Assembly (NCBI GenBank): GCA_039030515.1
Contig: JBCCEA010000039.1
Coordinates: 1-32,928, forward strand
DNA from: Myxococcota bacterium
GTDB taxonomy: Bacteria; Myxococcota_A; Polyangia; Polyangiales; Houyiibacteriaceae
DNA: 32,928 nucleotides
Direction: 5' to 3'
Part shown: piece after piece, positions 28,942-32,928 of the stretch
Layout: every line of letters starts with the position of its first letter
Position numbering within the stretch: the first letter of the stretch is position 1
Notes under the pieces: generated by a model
Database searches by the model: none
Told to the model about the DNA's origin: nothing
The model's input: only the letters and a program-made list of their open reading frames with translations
Translations under genes and position numbers: made by a program

Positions 28942-29015
28942 TGCCGACGCGTGGACTCGAACCACGGACCTAGCGCGTATGAAACGCCCGCTCTAACCAC
29001 CTGAGCTACGTCGGC
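28942..29015 (-). tRNA. tRNA-Met(CAU), probably elongator; CCA not encoded
   Basis: Cloverleaf GCCGACG TA GCTC..GAGC G GGCGT TTCATAC GCGCT AGGTC CGTGG TTCGAGT CCACG CGTCGGC A. Paired 1-72 and no GGG/CCC anticodon stem argue against initiator; Ile2 not fully excluded. Confidence 0.93.
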
Positions 29016-29029
29016 CGAGAAGATGGGCG

Positions 29030-29057
29030 AGTATAGGGACTGGACTAGACCTGTCAA
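29030..29057 (-). promoter_or_regulatory. Sigma70-type promoter of the tRNA
   Basis: TTGACA-N16-TATACT followed by GC-rich CGCCC, 14 nt upstream of the mature tRNA. Confidence 0.85.
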
Positions 29058-29172
29058 ATCCTTCTGAATCTGAGCTATCTACTCAAATTCAAGCTTCGTA
29101 CGAAGTCAGATGCTTCGGATTTGAACCGCATCCTCCGTGGACCATCGGCCACCAAACCTTGTTTCGCGTCTG

Positions 29173-30261
29173 CTAGCTTTCGCTGGAGGTGGGGTCGCCA
29201 GAGGCAAGATGATCGATCCAATCGGCCGCAGAGCGAAGCGCATGCCGACCCTCACGAACGAGAACTGCCAGCCCCTGAAAGGCGTGGGTCATTCCTCGCC
29301 AAACCTCTAAGGTGACGTCGACACCCGCTTCCTCTGCCCGCTCTGCAAAGCGCTCCACCTCAGACCGCAATCCCTCGGCTCCTCCCACCTGGAGAAAGAG
29401 GGGGGGCAGACCTTGAAGATCCGCGTACAGTGGAGAGGCGAGCGGATCGCGTACGGAGATACCTTCGGGCAGGTACATCGAGGCAAAATGTCGGAGCACC
29501 TCGGTGCCCAGATAGTCGAAGGTAGCGTTCTCTTCGATGCTGCGTCCGGTGCAAGAGAGGTCGACCCACGGGCTAAGCACTACCGCACCCCTGGGCATGG
29601 GTTCTCCTGCATCGCGCATCGTGATCAGAGTGGAGAGGGCAAGGGCGGCACCGGCAGAATCACCACCGATAAACACGTTCTTGGGCGCTACACCCTCTTC
29701 GTACAGCGCCAACAGCGCCTTGCGACAATCTCCGAGACCGCTCGGAAACGGACATTCGGGCGCGAGCCGATAGTCGAATCCGATGCACATGAGGTCGGCA
29801 TCAACGGCGAGACGCGTCATCAGGTCTTTGTGGGTTTGATTGGACCCAAATACATATCCACCGCCGTGGAAATAAAGAAGAACCGGCCTATCGGGGGCGA
29901 GAATCTCTCGCGGCTGCAGCACCATCGCCGGACGCCCGGCAAGCTCCCGATGAGATACCCGAACCCGTCGTCGTAAAGAGGGCATCAGCGGAGTAGTCGG
30001 AATTCGGCGCCGAATGGCCGAGGGATCCAAGCTCATGAGCAGCTTTGCTTCAGACTGCATCGTCTCCGCCAGCACTTCATGAGCGATTCCCCAGGTAGGG
30101 TACTTCGGTCCGCGTAGCGCCCTGCGAAGGGCAACCCGGACTGCGATCGGGCCCGTTGTTGAGGCGAACGTTGCCGTCATTCTGAGATCTTCGAAACGCT
30201 GCAGCACCTGTCGCGATAGCGCACGTGCCGCAGACTGTAGGGGTACGGTCAAAGTAGTCAC
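29173..30261 (-). CDS. Alpha/beta hydrolase, HSL-family esterase
   Basis: HGGGY, DYRLAPE, GDSAG, SPWVDL, SPLYADL.GLPP, HAFQ. Confidence 0.92.
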   Translation of the reverse strand: MTTLTVPLQSAARALSRQVLQRFEDLRMTATFASTTGPIAVRVALRRALRGPKYPTWGIAHEVLAETMQSEAKLLMSLDPSAIRRRIPTTPLMPSLRRRVRVSHRELAGRPAMVLQPREILAPDRPVLLYFHGGGYVFGSNQTHKDLMTRLAVDADLMCIGFDYRLAPECPFPSGLGDCRKALLALYEEGVAPKNVFIGGDSAGAALALSTLITMRDAGEPMPRGAVVLSPWVDLSCTGRSIEENATFDYLGTEVLRHFASMYLPEGISVRDPLASPLYADLQGLPPLFLQVGGAEGLRSEVERFAERAEEAGVDVTLEVWRGMTHAFQGLAVLVREGRHALRSAADWIDHLASGDPTSSES

Positions 30262-30396
30262 AAGCGTTGCTGTTCACCGGGGTTTTCGCGCCGGGGACTA
30301 CGGCTTAGCGAATACCTCCGGCCCCGTCCAGTCGAGCTGCGATCTGCGCGCTTCGGGGGACCTCTGCCGGTTCCGTTCGAATCGCAAGCCTTCGAA

Positions 30397-31620
30397 TCAC
30401 AAGTCATATGCGATACGGAACCCCACAAAGCTCGACCTCAACCTCTGCGGGTACCAGTTGCGGAAGCTGGACCGCAGGAGTTCTGTATGGGTCGCAAAAG
30501 AGCCACCGCGTACCACACGATGCTCCCCGTCAAAGTACGGTGCGGAGTATCCTTCGTAGGGTCCGCTGACAAAACCAGGGTACGGACCGAATCGCGTCGC
30601 AGTCCATTCCCAGCAGTTTCCGATCATCGACGAAAGCTGTCCCCCTCCGTCCACCGCCGGCATCGGCCCTGCATTTCGGGCATCGAGAAAAGAACCCGCG
30701 TAGGGTTGATGAAGACACGACAGTGCATATTCCCATTCGGCTTCGGTCGGCAAGCGTGCCCCGGACCAGCGAGCGTAGGCCTCCGCTTCATAGGCGGACA
30801 CCCCGATCACGGGCTCAGCACCGTAGAGGGGACGCACTCCATCAAGACGCGCTTGAAACCAACCACCAGAGCCGTCGGACAGCCATCCGAAGGGGCGGTC
30901 GAGTGCTTCTCGTTCGACCAAGGCCCAACCTTCTTCACTGAAAAGCTCAGGACGTCGGTATCCGCCTTCTTTCATAAATTGAGCAAAATCTGCGCATGTC
31001 ACCGGCGTTGCGTCTAGTTCAAAAGGAGCGATCTCTACCCGGTGCGAGGGCTTTTCGTTGTCGTAGGCGCACAGCGCATCGGTACCCATCAGAAAACTAC
31101 CGCCTTCAAAGCGAATTCTCCGAACTGCCGGCGGTTCGCCAAAAGGACGGCTGTGCTTGCCGCTGATCCCGAGACTGCCTCGAATCAAAGTCCGAACGAT
31201 CGCCATGGTTTCAAAATGTTGGCGTTCATGGGCGGCGAGAAACCAGCTGAGGTAGCCTCCCTCGGTAAGCCTGCGGGCCTTGTCACCGGGGAACTCGGGC
31301 ACATCGAGCAGTACACGCTGAACTTCCCGCCGGACGCATCCCAGGTAGTCGAGCAACTCGGAGCGCGAAGGAAGGTCGCCTCGTTCGTTCTTGGGTCGGC
31401 CTTCCTGGGCAAAGTCCGTGTGTCGCGATTCCCAAAGGGAACCATCCCCGAGAAGTTCACCGAAAACCCATCGGGCCTCGGTGAATGCAATATGTCCGAG
31501 ATGCCATCCAAGAGGGCTGTACTCTGGATTCGGCTGGGCGCGGAGTTCTTGATCGCTCAGGTCGTGAATCAGTCGGTAGGTGTCCCGTCGCGCCCTCTCG
31601 AGAGGTAGCACCGAGATCAT
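30397..31620 (-). CDS. egtB: Ergothioneine biosynthesis sulfoxide synthase EgtB
   Basis: DinB-like domain SPLGWHLGH...HERQHFETM, FGE-sulfatase domain (RLPTEAEWE, GNCWEW, RGGSFAT, FRNWY), PYEGYS. Confidence 0.88.
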   Translation of the reverse strand: MISVLPLERARRDTYRLIHDLSDQELRAQPNPEYSPLGWHLGHIAFTEARWVFGELLGDGSLWESRHTDFAQEGRPKNERGDLPSRSELLDYLGCVRREVQRVLLDVPEFPGDKARRLTEGGYLSWFLAAHERQHFETMAIVRTLIRGSLGISGKHSRPFGEPPAVRRIRFEGGSFLMGTDALCAYDNEKPSHRVEIAPFELDATPVTCADFAQFMKEGGYRRPELFSEEGWALVEREALDRPFGWLSDGSGGWFQARLDGVRPLYGAEPVIGVSAYEAEAYARWSGARLPTEAEWEYALSCLHQPYAGSFLDARNAGPMPAVDGGGQLSSMIGNCWEWTATRFGPYPGFVSGPYEGYSAPYFDGEHRVVRGGSFATHTELLRSSFRNWYPQRLRSSFVGFRIAYDL

Positions 31621-32387
31621 AGCGATTCCCGCACCACTCCCTCTGCGGTTTGAATGACGAGTTCGCCCGGCCTCAATGGGTGATGAATGTCTTGCTGAAA
31701 CATGGGCTCAGAACAGACTAGCGAGCCCTCTCCCCAAGGGGTTTCTTCGACGAGGTAGAGCGAGGGCGGATCGTCTCGAATCGCATAGCGTACCGAGACG
31801 ATCGACACGCCGTCAGTCACCGATACGTTGAGCAGCGCGCGCTCTCCCAGCCCCTCGACGATCGTCGAAACCGCGTACATTCCGCATCGGACCCGCTCCG
31901 CAAGAGAGGCAGCGTTCACATCGGCGATCAAGGCGAAGATGTGCTCAGAATCGGTGTTGCCCTCGAGCGCAGCATAGGAAGCGTCGGAGAGTGTCTTACG
32001 CAAAGGGCGCATCAGCGCTTGCCGAAAAGACCCCAGTAGGCCGTTGTGAACGAAAGCGAGATTCCCGCGAATAAACGGTTGGGTGTTCGCACGATGAACA
32101 GCCAACCCGGGCGTAGCACTGCGTACATTGGCCAGAAGGCACCGCGATCGAATGTGGGGCGCCATGCTCTTCAGATTGTCGTCGGACCAAATCGGCAGCA
32201 CGCTGCGATACCGCGCTGGCTCGGGGCGCGCCGGAGTATACCAAGCGAACCCAAAACCGTCCGCGTTCAGCAGCGCTTCCGTCATCTCTTTCGGTTGGTA
32301 ACTCTGGACTTCTAAAGAGTTTGGGGGAGAACGTAGAAGTTCATCCGCCGAACGAGAAGGCCCTAAGTATGAGAGAATTCGGCACAT
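31617..32387 (-). CDS. egtC: Ergothioneine biosynthesis amidohydrolase EgtC (class II GATase fold)
   Basis: Start MCR at ATG 32387 (Ntn Cys), NADGFGFAWY, PIWSD, VRSATPG, HNG, TDSEH; overlaps the egtB start. Confidence 0.9.
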   Translation of the reverse strand: MCRILSYLGPSRSADELLRSPPNSLEVQSYQPKEMTEALLNADGFGFAWYTPARPEPARYRSVLPIWSDDNLKSMAPHIRSRCLLANVRSATPGLAVHRANTQPFIRGNLAFVHNGLLGSFRQALMRPLRKTLSDASYAALEGNTDSEHIFALIADVNAASLAERVRCGMYAVSTIVEGLGERALLNVSVTDGVSIVSVRYAIRDDPPSLYLVEETPWGEGSLVCSEPMFQQDIHHPLRPGELVIQTAEGVVRESL

Positions 32388-32509
32388 GGGCGGACGGTAG
32401 CAGACCCCGAGAAAAGTGCCGCGCAGCGCGTTTTTCTCAGGTGTTTTGGGCTCGCTCCCGAGAAAAACAAGGCTTGAGGCCCGAGTCACTCCGATCCAAA
32501 CTTGGGTAA

Positions 32510-32928
32510 GTGATCCTCCAGCGAATCCTCAACACTGCACTCGTTTTGTCCCAAGCGGCTGGGGCAGTGAGTGTCGGGTTGGTTCGGGTCGTCGGGTTTT
32601 CATTGGCCCTCGGGGCGGGATGGATCGCCTCTAGTGGGTGCGTCGGTGGACCACAACCGGAGCCGCCCTTTTCCGGAGAGCAAGGTGGCGATGACTCGGA
32701 CGGGTTCTCGGGCACCGACGCGGGTGCCGGTGCCGATAGCGACGCCGGGACAGCGTCGGATGATGGCAACTCGCACGGAGACGCCGGAAACCCAGACCGC
32801 GACGCTGCCGAACCCTCAGACGCTGCCGAACCCTCAGACGCTGCCGAACCCTCAGACGCTGCCGAACCCTCAGACGCTGCCGAACCCTCAGACGCTGCCG
32901 AACCCTCAGACGCTGCCGAACCCTCAGA
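32510..32928 (+). CDS. Partial lipoprotein with an Asp/Gly-rich linker and DAAEPS repeats; runs off the window and is absent from the ORF track
   Basis: Open frame from GTG 32510: ...VRVVGFSLALGAGWIASSG-CVGGPQPEPP...DAG...(DAAEPS)n. Confidence 0.7.
   Translation, partial: MILQRILNTALVLSQAAGAVSVGLVRVVGFSLALGAGWIASSGCVGGPQPEPPFSGEQGGDDSDGFSGTDAGAGADSDAGTASDDGNSHGDAGNPDRDAAEPSDAAEPSDAAEPSDAAEPSDAAEPSDAAEPSDAAEPS
32801..32928. repeat. 18-bp perfect tandem repeat, at least 7 copies, truncated by the window end
   Basis: (GACGCTGCCGAACCCTCA)n. Confidence 0.97.

Noticed and set aside
28866..29015. tRNA-anchored genomic island
   Set aside because: No integrase and no second copy of the tRNA 3' end was seen in the window.
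1024..32387. Unified sulfur cluster (metB, cysQ, cysE, egtBC)
   Set aside because: The genes are scattered over 31 kb in separate transcription units with no shared motif seen.

Overview
Bacterial chromosomal segment, probably Myxococcota (inferred from the TPR/lipoprotein pair, Cys-rich secreted proteins and a small ORF resembling myxobacterial small proteins). Both ends lie in tandem repeats, so it may be a whole contig. Most content is housekeeping: cystathionine gamma-synthase/lyase, AraC regulator, UvrD/Rep helicase, M32 carboxypeptidase, TerC-mgtE, cysQ, Smr protein, cysE, sodium:solute symporter, dapA, scoAB, an M16 peptidase pair, tolQRAB without pal, tRNA-Met(CAU), an HSL-family esterase and egtC-egtB, plus several unknown lipoproteins. 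The most unusual signals are: (1) a 125-bp tandem array at 1-334 of a TA-flanked 106-nt element that folds well only on the + strand and contains a run of tandem G.A pairs; (2) a phasin/lipid-droplet-like protein with 11-residue repeats, next to several copies of a TGACGCA-N-TGCGTCA-like box; (3) many short tandem duplications; (4) recurrent leaderless-type promoters. No transposase, integrase, CRISPR or defence system was recognised. All calls come from reading motifs by eye; no searches were run.
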